Of a stretch of DNA of 64,000 nt, positions 12,823 to 23,208 are shown one piece after another. This DNA comes from Candidatus Eiseniibacteriota bacterium (GTDB lineage: Bacteria; Eisenbacteria; RBG-16-71-46), in the NCBI GenBank assembly GCA_963725865.1, contig CAVSAC010000009.1, positions 40,835 through 104,834 of the forward strand. The letters run 5' to 3'. A program made the translations under genes and the position numbers. The notes under the pieces are model-generated. The model searched no databases. It was given only the letters and a program-made list of their open reading frames with translations, and was not told the DNA's origin. Every line of letters starts with the position of its first letter. Position 1 is the stretch's first letter.

Positions 12823-12840
12823 GCGTGGCAGGATAACAGA

Positions 12841-12952
12841 GCCGCCCGACGCACCGCGGGCGGCCCATGCTGGCGCCGCCCGCGGCTCTCCGGGTACGAG
12901 CGGAGAGGACGACTCGCTCGGGATCACGTCGAGTCGTCGACATCGAAAGGAC
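12841..12952 (-). ncRNA. Candidate structured ncRNA (four-way junction), family unknown
   Basis: Three abutting hairpins (9, 7 and 11 bp) closed by a G-U-rich terminal stem; TACCAT -10 box 7 nt upstream. Confidence 0.45.
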
Positions 12953-12999
12953 GAGGATGATGGTAGCGCCGCCGTCCGCGGGCGACACGCCGGTTCTGC

Positions 13000-13383
13000 G
13001 CCGTGGACCGGCGCCTGCGTCGTCCTGCCGAGGTGGAAGCGGTGCAGGACGCGGTGCAGCACCGGGGCGAGCAGCACGCCGACGCTGGCGAGCAGCACGA
13101 CGCCGCTGTAGAGCGCGTAGGCCGAGGCGAACACCTTTCGCCGCCGGCGGTCGGTGCGGGCGTCCACCGGGCCCATGCCGCCCAGGATCATCGAGGCGTT
13201 GTAGAGGCAGTCCACCCACGAGAGCCCGCCGATGACCCGGTAGCCGACGACGCCGATCGCGAGCGAGACGCCGAGGATGAGCGCGCCGACCACCGCGCTG
13301 CGCAGCACGCGCGCGCGGAACACCTGCAGGGGCGCGAGCGGCTCGTGGTGGCGTTCGAACTGCATCGGGTGCGTCCGCTTCAT
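13000..13383 (-). CDS. Conserved small membrane protein, ion-channel-like 2-TM (true stop uncertain)
   Basis: [20 protein letters not shown]...[11 protein letters not shown]...[17 protein letters not shown] overlap with the upstream dehydrogenase; end coordinate approximate. Confidence 0.65.
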
Positions 13384-14415
13384 GGCACCAGCACCACCTT
13401 TCCGAAGTGCTCGCGCGCTCGATGCGCTCGTGCGCCGCGCGCGCGTCGGCGAGCGGCATCACGCGATCGACGACCGGCTCGAGCCGCCGTCGGCGACGAA
13501 GCGCAGCACCTCGACGAGGTCGCGGCGCGTGCCCATCCACGAGCCCATCAGCGTGAGGTGGCGGCCGAACAGCACGTTCACGCTCGAGCTTCACGTCGGC
13601 GCCGATGGTGGCGCCGCAGGTGACGAGCCGGCCGTCGCGCGCCAGCGCGGCGAACGCCTGCTCGAACACCGCGCCGCCGACGTGCTCGAACACGACCTCG
13701 ACGCCCTTCCTGCCGGTGAGCGCGCGCGCCGCGCGCGGCGATGTCCTCGCCCGCGTGGTCGACCACGTCGTGGGCGCCGAGCGCCCGCGCCTGCTCGAGC
13801 TTCGCGGCGCTGCCGGCGGTGGCGATGACGCGCGCGCCGAGCAGGCGCGCGATCTGGATCGCGGCGCTGCCCACGCCGCTGCCGGCGCCGATCACCAGCA
13901 CGTCCTCGCCGGCGCGCACCTGCGCGCGCGCGACCAGCATGTGCCACGCGGTCAGGAACACCAGCGGCACCGCCGCGGCCTGCTCCCACGGCAGCGCGCC
14001 CGGGTAACGGGAGGCAGGTTCGCGCCCGGCACCGCCACGAGCTCGGCGTAGCCGCCGTTGCGCCGGCGCGCCGAGCACGTCGTGGTGCCGGCACAGGTTG
14101 TCGTCGCCGGCCACGCACGCCTCGCACGCGCCGCACGACAGCGTGGGTGCACCAGCCGCGGTCGCCCACCTTCGCGTGCCGCACGCCGGCGCCGACCGCG
14201 GCCACCTCGCCCACCACGTCGCTGCCGAGGATGTGCGGCATCTCGGGCTCCAGCCCCGGCAGGCCGCGACGCACCCACAGGTCGAGGTGGTTGATGCCGC
14301 ACGCCTTGACCTCGACCACCGCCTCGTCCGCCGCGCAGGCGGGCTCGGCCACCTCGCGCGACTCCAGCACCTCGGGACCGCCGTAGCGGTCGAAGACGAT
14401 CGCGCGCATCGTCAC
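13380..14415 (-). CDS. Zinc-binding (MDR) dehydrogenase / quinone reductase (frameshifted)
   Basis: [42 protein letters not shown]. Confidence 0.85.
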
Positions 14416-14416
14416 C

Positions 14417-16318
14417 TCATCCGCGCTCGCGCCGCATGCGGCGCTGGTAGAAGTAGGACACCGCCAGCAACGCCACGCCCACCAGCACCGCGCTCACGAA
14501 GCGCCAGAACACGTCCACCTGGGCGAGGTCGCCGAGCACGAACTTGAGCACCGTGAGGCCGAGCAGCCCGAGCCCGAGCCAGCGCAGGAACGACGAGCGC
14601 CCGCCCCAGCCGACCGCCACCAGCGCCGCGGCCTGCAGCGTCCACAGCGCGCTGGTGAGGAACGCGCGCAGCATGCCGACGCGTTGGGCTGCGGGCGGTA
14701 CCCCCAGCTCGGGCGGGCGTGCCCAGCGGCCGCCGGTGCCCTCGAGCGCGCGCGCCAGGTGATCGGATTCGGTGGCGCTGTAGATCAGCAGCATCACCAT
14801 CGCCGCGGTGACCCAGCCGCGCGACAGCAGCCGGCGCCACTCGCCGCGGAAGCGCTCCTCGCGGCCGAGCAGTGCGCCGGTCAGCAGCAGCAGCACGAGG
14901 CCGCCGAGCATGCGCAGGCCGTGCGCGTCCACGAACGGCAGCGCCATGGCGTCGCCGCTGCGATCGAGCAGCGCGAACAGGTGCGCGAGGGCGCCGAGGA
15001 ACGAGACCACCGCGCCGCAGCCGCGCAGCCACGCGCCGCGACGGCCGGCGCCGAGCCACACCAGCACCGCGCCCTCGGCGAGCCACGCCAGCGACACGTA
15101 CGACGAGCCCGCCCAGCGCTCGAGCGCGAGGGTGACGAACAGCGTCGCCGCCGCTGCGAGCGGGCGCCAGGCGTCGTCGCGCTCGCGGCGCGAGTCGATC
15201 CACCACGCCGCGGCGACGTACACCGCGGCCAGCGCGATCAGCAGCATCGCCGCCCGGCTCCGCCCGACGTACTCGATGAACGGCCACGACACCAGCGCGA
15301 ACATCAGGGGTGCGGTCACGATCACCGCCAGAGTGGCCGGGCGCGCGGGCTCCGGGTCGCGCGCCAGGCGCGCCACCGGCGCGAGCGCCGCGCCGCTGTA
15401 GAGCAGCGCGAGCCCGATCTGCAACGCCCAGCCCCAGTCGCCCTGCGGGAAGGTGGCGAACCACGTCACGGTGGTGAGCACCAGCGCCATCAGGTCGAGC
15501 AGCGACCAGCCCGCGCGCGCGGCGAGCACGAACACCACCACGTCCACCAGCGCGAGGTAGGCGAGCAGCTCCGGTGCGCCCAGATCGAAGCCGCGCAGGT
15601 GGAGCACGCTTGCCATCACCTGGGGCACGAACGCGCCGATCACGCCCAGCGCCGCCACGCCCTGCGAGCGGTAGCGCAGCCCGACCGCGACGCTGCCGAG
15701 CGCGACCACCGCCAGCAGTGGCAGCGCGGCCGCCGAGGGCAGGACGTGGAGCGTGAACCAGCCCAGGTAGATCGCGAGGTAGACGACGCCCAGGCCGATG
15801 CCGATGAGCGCGTGGCCGATCGGAGTGAGGGTGCGGGCCAGCCGGTCGCCGCGCCACACCAGCGCCAGTCCGAGCAGTACGCCGGCGATCACCAGGATGC
15901 CGGGGCCGAGGCGGCCGGTGGTGTAGCCCCACACGATGCTGAAGAACGCGCCCACCAGCACCAGCACCGCGCCCACGTTCTGCAGCCACAGCCCGCCCAC
16001 CATCTCCTCGGCTTGCGCCTGATCGAAGAACGCCCGCGGCGTGCCCGTCGCCACGGCGGGTGTGCCCGGCGGCGGCGGTGGTGCGATCGGCATGGGGGCG
16101 ACGGGCGCCGGGAACGGGATCGGCGGAGGTGGCTGGGGCTCGGCGCCCGGCTCGCGCGGCGCGGGCACGGCGGCGAGCGCCGCGCCGCGCTCGGCCTCGA
16201 GCTGGCGCACGCGCTCGCGCAGCTGCAGCGCCTCGCGCTCGGCGCGCAGCGCCACCACCAGCGCCCAGACCGGAAGCGCCAGCCAGGCGAGACTCAGCAG
16301 CGAGACCAGGAACCACAC
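14417..16318 (-). CDS. DUF2339-like polytopic membrane protein
   Basis: E..VGGLWL..VG, many TM helices, C-terminal LKFVLGDL...RFVS...SYFYQR; GGAGG upstream of GTG. Confidence 0.8.
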   Translation of the reverse strand: MWFLVSLLSLAWLALPVWALVVALRAEREALQLRERVRQLEAERGAALAAVPAPREPGAEPQPPPPIPFPAPVAPMPIAPPPPPGTPAVATGTPRAFFDQAQAEEMVGGLWLQNVGAVLVLVGAFFSIVWGYTTGRLGPGILVIAGVLLGLALVWRGDRLARTLTPIGHALIGIGLGVVYLAIYLGWFTLHVLPSAAALPLLAVVALGSVAVGLRYRSQGVAALGVIGAFVPQVMASVLHLRGFDLGAPELLAYLALVDVVVFVLAARAGWSLLDLMALVLTTVTWFATFPQGDWGWALQIGLALLYSGAALAPVARLARDPEPARPATLAVIVTAPLMFALVSWPFIEYVGRSRAAMLLIALAAVYVAAAWWIDSRRERDDAWRPLAAAATLFVTLALERWAGSSYVSLAWLAEGAVLVWLGAGRRGAWLRGCGAVVSFLGALAHLFALLDRSGDAMALPFVDAHGLRMLGGLVLLLLTGALLGREERFRGEWRRLLSRGWVTAAMVMLLIYSATESDHLARALEGTGGRWARPPELGVPPAAQRVGMLRAFLTSALWTLQAAALVAVGWGGRSSFLRWLGLGLLGLTVLKFVLGDLAQVDVFWRFVSAVLVGVALLAVSYFYQRRMRRERG

Positions 16319-16420
16319 GGCGCGACCCTCCGTGATCGAGGCGCGATGATCCGGACCGCCGCAGCATAGCGCCAGCGGCCCGCGCGCGGAACCTCGGCCG
16401 CGCCCGTGGTAGGGTGCGGC

Positions 16421-17278
16421 ATGCTCTCTCGGCGACGGTTCCTGCGCCTCGGGGCCGAGCTCGCCGCCGCGGGCGTGGTCGCCGGCTTCTATTCGGTACG
16501 CATCGAGACCCACTGGCTCGACATCACCCACCGGCTGCTGCCGGTCGAGGGGCTGCCGCCTGCGCTCCACGGACGCCGACTGGTGCAGCTCAGCGACATC
16601 CACGTGGGCGGCTTCACCGACGACTACTACATCGTCTCGGTGCTCGAGCGCGTGCGCGCCATGGCGCCCGACTTCGTCGCCTACACCGGCGATCAGGTCA
16701 CGCAGCGGCGCGGTGGCCCGTTCATGGAGCGCCTGGCGGGCGTGATGGACCATGTCGCGCGCGGCCGGCTCGGCACCGTCGGCGTGCTCGGCAACCACGA
16801 TTACGGGGGCGGCTGGTACGGCGGCGAGTACCTGCAGGGGCGTGCCGCCGAGGTGACGGCACACCTCGAGGCCGCCGGCGTCACCGTGCTGCGCAACGCC
16901 AACGTCACGCTCGCCGGTCTCACCTTCGTCGGTATCGAGGACCTGTGGAGCGGGCATCACGACATCCCGCGCGCCCTCCACGGGGTGCCGGCGAGCGCGC
17001 CGGCGCTGCTGCTGTGCCACAACCCCGACGGCGCCGATTTGCCCGATTGGGCCGGGCGACGCGGCTGGATGCTGTCGGGTCACACCCACGGCGGCCAGGT
17101 GAAGCTGCCGTTCCTGCCGCCGCCGGTGCTCAACGTGAAGGACCGGCGCCACTACGCCGGCGCCTACGACCTCGGCGCCGGGCGCCGGCTCTACGTCTCG
17201 CGCGGCGTGGGCTACGTCACCCCGCTGCGCCTCGGCGTGCGTCCCGAGGTGGCGGTGTTCACGCTGGTGCCGGCATGA
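16421..17278 (+). CDS. Metallophosphoesterase (YkuE-like) with Tat signal
   Basis: SRRRFL; SDIH, TGD, GNHD, CHNPD, SGHTHGGQ, SRGVG. Confidence 0.9.
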   Translation: MLSRRRFLRLGAELAAAGVVAGFYSVRIETHWLDITHRLLPVEGLPPALHGRRLVQLSDIHVGGFTDDYYIVSVLERVRAMAPDFVAYTGDQVTQRRGGPFMERLAGVMDHVARGRLGTVGVLGNHDYGGGWYGGEYLQGRAAEVTAHLEAAGVTVLRNANVTLAGLTFVGIEDLWSGHHDIPRALHGVPASAPALLLCHNPDGADLPDWAGRRGWMLSGHTHGGQVKLPFLPPPVLNVKDRRHYAGAYDLGAGRRLYVSRGVGYVTPLRLGVRPEVAVFTLVPA

Positions 17279-20247
17279 GGCGCGGCCCCGGCACCACTCG
17301 AGTCGCGCGGCGCCTCGAGCGCGAGCAGCGACGGCACCGAGTCGGGATCGGCGAGGCGCAGCAGACCGTAGCCGATGCCGGCGAGCCCGTTCATGAGCCC
17401 GGGCGCCTCGACCGCCGCCATGGTGCCGCATCGCCAGCCGCCGTCCTCGGCGCTGTCGAGCACCGCCGCGGTCCAGCCGGCGCACTCGTCGCGGAGCGCA
17501 TCCATGCCGAGCGTGCGCGCGGCGAGCAGGAGCACGTCGAGGTTGCCGAGGTCGCCGTGGCAGAGGCAGTGGTTCTTCCCGAAGCCCCGGCGCGCCACCA
17601 CTTCCGCCAGCGCCACCGCCTCGACGCGCGCTGCCTCGGCCGCACCGCTCTCCACCGCGGCGAGCCGCGCGACCAGCAGGCCGGGCAGGCCGTAGCACCA
17701 ACTCATCGAGAGCGTGCGCTCGGCGCTGCCGGCGAGCGCCGAGGCCGCGGGTGCGGGCGACTCCGAGGTCCGCCAGCGCTCGATCGACGGACGCAGCCAG
17801 GCGCTCTCCGCCCGCAGCGCGGCCAGCGCGCGGGCGCGCAGGGCCTGCGCACCGGTGGTCCGCGCCAGCAGCAGCAGCGCGTGCGCGATGCCCGAGGTGC
17901 CGTGCGCGAACCCGGTCGCGGGCTCCTCGCCGCTCAGCCGGTTCCACCACAGCGGGCCGTCGGGGCCGTCGCGGGCCACCGCGGCGAGGCGCTCGCCGCA
18001 CGCCCGGGCCAGCGCCAGCGCGCGCCCATCACGCGCGACGTGCTCGAGCGCGAGCGCTGCCGCGATCACCCCGGCGCCTCCCGCCACCACGTCGAGCTCC
18101 TCGTCGGCCTCGCAAAGACGCTCGAGCGCCCCGAGTCGCGCGAGCGCCTCGCGGACCAGGGCGTCGTCCCGCCACAGCGCGGCGCAGTGGGCGAGCGTGT
18201 AGACCGTGCCGGCGAGTCCCTGGAACAGCCCGCGCTCCAGGCGCGCCGGCTCGGTGCGCCCGAGCGCCTCGAGGGTGGCGCAGAGGCCGCGGCGCGCGAG
18301 ACGCGTGAACGACTCGTCGCCGGTGAGCGCGCCGAGTCGGGCGAGGAACAGCACGATGCCCGGCACACCCGAGTACAGGTCCGTGGCCTCGGCATTCAGC
18401 GTCCATCCGTTGGCGCGGAAATCGAGCGCGATCCAGGTGGCGCGCTCGTCGTCGCCGACCGCCATGCGCTCGAACCAGCGTCCGAGCGAGCGCGCCGCCA
18501 CGAGCAGTCTTGCCCGCTGCGCCTCGTGCGACGGCGCGCGTTCGCCGCGCGCCAGCACGTACGCGCTCCACTCGCCGCGGTCACGGTTGAGCACCTCCAT
18601 CCCCAGCGCGGCGCGCACCAGCCAGGCCTCGCGCTCGACATCGCGCTCGTCCATCGCGGCCAGCCGCCGGCACGCCTCGTCGAGCGCCGACTCCGCGAAC
18701 AGGTCGCGCCGCGACTCGCCGCGGCTGTCCCAGAGATGGCGCGACCCGGGTTGGCTCGTGAACACCGGGACGTCGCCGGCCCGCAGGTCGTCGCGCTCGG
18801 ACTTCGCCACCGCGCGCAGCTCCACCGCGTCGCTCAGGCCCTGCAGGCGGTCGAACAGCGCGTCGCGCGCAGCCTCCTCGCGCAGCACGTCGGGGTTCCA
18901 GCTCTCGTCGATGAGCAGGCCGTACACGCGCGTCGGGCGCATCACCACGCGTACCCGGTCCCGGGCGAAGCGGCGCAGCGGCCCCTCCGGTGGGAGCAGG
19001 AGGTCGCGCTCGCGCACCAGCCAGGCCCTCATGGCGCGGAAGCCCCCGCTCATCGCCTCGGCGTGCGCGGTCGGGTCGATCTCGCGGCCGGCGAGCGTAG
19101 GACGATTGTGACCGGGCTCCAGCGGCAGCGGCTCGCGCACCGCGTGCATGTCGTCGCGCCCGACGTCGCGCCAGCGCAGCACCGGGTCGGGCGCCTGCTG
19201 GCCCGAGGCGGCGGCGACGCCGCTCAGGTCGGCCTCGGCGTCCTCGCCGTTGACGCGGTAGGGCAGCAATCCCACGCGCAGCACGGAGTCCTCGAGCGCG
19301 GAGGCGGTGGCGCGATGCTCCCGCGTCCGGGCGGCCAGCGACGGGGGCGTGGGATGGAACAGCGTCTCGAGATCGACCAGCACCGGGTGCTCGCCCGCGG
19401 CGATGAGGTTCTCGAAATGGACGTCGACGGCGCGCACCGCGTGGAGCACCGCGAGCAGCGCGCCCAGGCGCACGTGGTAGCGACGCACCGCGTCCTCGTC
19501 CGCGCACGGCGCTGCGGCCACGTGCTCCACCCAGCCATGGTGGCCGCCATCGAGGACGCGCGGCGCGCGCAGCGACTCGGGAGCGCCACGCGCCGCGAGC
19601 CAGTCCACCAGCTCGCGAAAGTGAGCGTCCACCGCCAGCGGCCGCGGCTTGTAGACCAGGCGCGCGCCCCGGGCGAAGTGCAGCAGCACGACCGAGCGCC
19701 CGTCGGCGTGCGTGTCGCCCGCTCCCGCGTCCGCCTCGACCACGGGGCCGGGATCCGCGCCGTCGAAGAACGTGCGACGGATCAGCGGACCGTCGGCGGT
19801 GAGGCGCGCGACCAACTCGAGCGACGCCTCGAGGCTCTGGCGCGCGCGGTCGTCGATCTGCCGTGCGAGGACGCCGTACTCCGCGAACAGCGCCGCCGCC
19901 CGCTCCGGTTCGCGCAGCCCCGCGACGAAGCTCTCGAAGCGGGCCTCGGGCGTGTCGCCTTCGAGCTGCTCGAGCATGCGCGCGCAGTTCAGCTCGAGCA
20001 CCAGCGTGGGCAGGCTCATCCAGAGCCAGCGTCGCGCCAGCCGCTCGCTCCACGCCGACTCGAGCGCGTCCGCGTCGAGCGTCAGACCCTCGGCGCGGCG
20101 CGGGGCCGCGGCGAGCGCGGCGCGGAGCCGGGCGCGGAAGCGGGCGAGCACGGGGCAGAGCGGCGCCAGCAGTGGCGCCATCGCGTCCTCGCTCAACCGC
20201 CCGGGCCACCAGGCGGGATCGAAGGATCCGGAGCCTGCGACGGTCAC
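17212..20247 (-). CDS. lanM: Class II lanthipeptide synthetase LanM
   Basis: Dehydratase motifs GDTH, VYKPR, GWVE, DVHFEN, VDLETLF, RPT; cyclase motifs DLYSG, GFAHG, SWCYG, CLCHG, GLMNGLAG; uninterrupted 1011-aa ORF. Confidence 0.95.
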   Translation of the reverse strand: MTVAGSGSFDPAWWPGRLSEDAMAPLLAPLCPVLARFRARLRAALAAAPRRAEGLTLDADALESAWSERLARRWLWMSLPTLVLELNCARMLEQLEGDTPEARFESFVAGLREPERAAALFAEYGVLARQIDDRARQSLEASLELVARLTADGPLIRRTFFDGADPGPVVEADAGAGDTHADGRSVVLLHFARGARLVYKPRPLAVDAHFRELVDWLAARGAPESLRAPRVLDGGHHGWVEHVAAAPCADEDAVRRYHVRLGALLAVLHAVRAVDVHFENLIAAGEHPVLVDLETLFHPTPPSLAARTREHRATASALEDSVLRVGLLPYRVNGEDAEADLSGVAAASGQQAPDPVLRWRDVGRDDMHAVREPLPLEPGHNRPTLAGREIDPTAHAEAMSGGFRAMRAWLVRERDLLLPPEGPLRRFARDRVRVVMRPTRVYGLLIDESWNPDVLREEAARDALFDRLQGLSDAVELRAVAKSERDDLRAGDVPVFTSQPGSRHLWDSRGESRRDLFAESALDEACRRLAAMDERDVEREAWLVRAALGMEVLNRDRGEWSAYVLARGERAPSHEAQRARLLVAARSLGRWFERMAVGDDERATWIALDFRANGWTLNAEATDLYSGVPGIVLFLARLGALTGDESFTRLARRGLCATLEALGRTEPARLERGLFQGLAGTVYTLAHCAALWRDDALVREALARLGALERLCEADEELDVVAGGAGVIAAALALEHVARDGRALALARACGERLAAVARDGPDGPLWWNRLSGEEPATGFAHGTSGIAHALLLLARTTGAQALRARALAALRAESAWLRPSIERWRTSESPAPAASALAGSAERTLSMSWCYGLPGLLVARLAAVESGAAEAARVEAVALAEVVARRGFGKNHCLCHGDLGNLDVLLLAARTLGMDALRDECAGWTAAVLDSAEDGGWRCGTMAAVEAPGLMNGLAGIGYGLLRLADPDSVPSLLALEAPRDSSGAGAAPHAGTSVNTATSGRTPRRSGVT

Positions 20248-20267
20248 CGGATGCGCACCCTTCGTGA

Positions 20268-20309
20268 CGACGGGAGCGGCTGGGCCGCGAGGCCCCTCCG
20301 CTCCCGTCG
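20268..20309. promoter_or_regulatory. Long stem-loop between lanA and lanM
   Basis: cgacgggagcgg/ccgctcccgtcg outer stem plus gggcc-gcga-ggccc inner stem. Confidence 0.6.
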
Positions 20310-20326
20310 CGATCGGATCCCGTCCG

Positions 20327-20533
20327 CTAGGCGCAGCAGCGGGAGAGCACGGTGTACAGCGTGCAGAACCAGGCAGTCGTCAGCTTGCTGGTGCCGGCCG
20401 CGCGGCGCAGCTGGGTCTCGGCGAGGCCCATCGCGCCCACGGGGCTCGCGGGTATCGCCGCACGGCCCGAATCCTCGAGCTGAGCCCTGAACTTCGGGTC
20501 CTTCCACGCGCGGACGATCTCCGACTTCGACAT
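20327..20533 (-). CDS. lanA: Lanthipeptide precursor (mersacidin/lichenicidin-type leader), 68 aa
   Basis: Leader IVRAWKDPKFR...PASPVG...QLRRAAG; core TSKLTTAWFCTLYTVLSRCCA; AGGAGG RBS; adjacent to lanM. Confidence 0.9.
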   Translation of the reverse strand: MSKSEIVRAWKDPKFRAQLEDSGRAAIPASPVGAMGLAETQLRRAAGTSKLTTAWFCTLYTVLSRCCA

Positions 20534-20585
20534 CGGATGCCTCCTGGTTGGGGGGTCTGTCGTGCTCCATTCTGGAGCCAGCGGG

Positions 20586-20614
20586 ACGCTAGGCTCGGTG
20601 CGAGGTGGTCGCAA
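20586..20614 (-). promoter_or_regulatory. Putative sigma70-type promoter of lanA
   Basis: TTGCGA-N17-TAGCGT. Confidence 0.5.
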
Positions 20615-20795
20615 GACAATTCCCTGCCGCGTTCGATCGCTCGCACCGCAGGCGGATGGGATTGCGAATGTGCGAACGAGTGCCGCGGCGCGCGGCGGGT
20701 GCCCGCGCTCGCGCGGCTCGCGCGCGGGACCGGGTCAGCGCGGCGGCGGCTGCGCGCCGGAGCCCGGACGCCCGGGCCGAGCGGGCGCTCGCGGC

Positions 20796-21929
<1,134 letters not shown>

Positions 21930-22045
21930 GGGGCTCCTCGAGCGTGCGGGGATCGATCGCGCGCCGTGCCTGCGGGCGCGCGCGGGGCGCACTGTAGCCG
22001 GTGGGCCGCGCCGATGCCAGCGCGCCGGCCGGCCGGACGCGGCGA

Positions 22046-22073
22046 CGAGGGCCCGCCTCGCGACGGGCCCTCG
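22046..22073. terminator. Stem-loop closing the kinase operon
   Basis: cgagggcccg-N8-cgggccctcg. Confidence 0.4.
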
Positions 22074-22101
22074 CGCGCACCGCCGCCGGGATCGTCCGGC
22101 G

Positions 22102-22636
22102 TCAGGGACGACGCCGGAGTGCCGCCCGGTGGAGCGCGGCCCGGATCCGCGGGACATCGATGTTCCACGGTCCCGGGTCTCCGTCGATCACGATCCCCGG
22201 ATCGATCATGTACTGCCCGACGATCCGCGCCAGGTCGCACTGCGAGCACGAGTCGTCGATGTCCACGAAGGAATACGGGACCACGTCCGGACCCCGAGCC
22301 GGTGGACGCGCGCCCGCGTGGGCCCGTGCCCACCGGCCGCAACGGGGCCGAGCGCGTCCCCACCTCGACCATCACGTTCTTGGTGCCCAGCACCGGACGG
22401 CTTGCGAAGTTGACGACGTGATCGTGCGCCAGCGAGCGCCAGCACACCGTGTCGCCCTTCCTCACCCGCAGCACCACCGGCAGGCCGGGCGCGAGGGGCC
22501 TGCCGTTCACGGTCACCCGCACCAGCCGCCCGCGCTTCAGCACCACTTCGAATCGCCGCCGCGCCAGCGGCAGGGCGCCCGCGCCGGATGCGCGTCGCCG
22601 GGTTGGGCGGCCGGTGGACCCACGCTTCGTGGCCAT
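22102..22636 (-). CDS. Hypothetical small beta-rich protein with DPGIVIDG motif (frameshift near 22290-22330)
   Basis: AGGAGG RBS; PVVLRVRKGDTVCWRS; C-terminal part in ORF 22102..22284; resembles its neighbour. Confidence 0.6.
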
Positions 22637-22722
22637 CGCTGCACCTCCTGGTGGCGGACTCGTCCGGCGCGGCGGCCGCCACGCCGGTGCTGCAGATGCG
22701 CGCGGGGGGCGCGACGTCGCGA

Positions 22723-23208
22723 TCATCCGTCGATGACGAGGCTCGGATCGGTGGGGAGCGGATGGAGCTCGCCATCCCCACCCTGGAAGACCTCGAGCCC
22801 GGTCTCGACGTCGATCACCCGGTAGTAGTAGGTCTGGCCGACGGTCGCCGACTCGTGCACACCCTCCGGCCCCGCCGATGAAGGAGCCGTCCCCGGCACG
22901 CTCCGCCGGATGTAGCTCAGGCACTTGTGCACCAGGTTGGCGTCATGGGGATCGGGCTTGTAGAACTCGATGAGGTATCCGTGCTGCTGCGTGTTCTTCC
23001 AGATCACGCGCTCGTGGTTCTTCTTGCTGAGATGGAGCACCACCGGGCTCAGCTGTCCCTTCGCCCCGATGGTGATCACCTTGGGCTCGGGCGGCGGCGC
23101 GGCGCGCACGGCGCGGATGCCGCCGCTCAGCGCGATCGCGGCGAGCGTGATGGACAGCACGGTGCGGGCCCCGAGGCGTGGGGCGAGGGCGCGCGGGATG
23201 TGGCTCAT
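22723..23208 (-). CDS. Hypothetical secreted small beta-rich protein ending DPSLVIDG
   Basis: AGGAGG RBS, ATGA overlap with the kinase stop, signal peptide (VRA/AP), PVVLHLSKKNHERVIWKN. Confidence 0.75.
   Translation of the reverse strand: MSHIPRALAPRLGARTVLSITLAAIALSGGIRAVRAAPPPEPKVITIGAKGQLSPVVLHLSKKNHERVIWKNTQQHGYLIEFYKPDPHDANLVHKCLSYIRRSVPGTAPSSAGPEGVHESATVGQTYYYRVIDVETGLEVFQGGDGELHPLPTDPSLVIDG

Noticed and set aside
9841..13383. 1180-aa ORF suggesting a membrane protein-GlcF-YcaQ fusion
   Set aside because: Artefact of indels and stop-poor GC-rich DNA; each part has its own start context and glcF ends in another frame
16414..20490. Very long Arg/Ala/Pro-rich ORFs antisense to or shadowing real genes (also elsewhere in the window)
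   Set aside because: Expected shadow ORFs in high-GC DNA; no recognisable motifs
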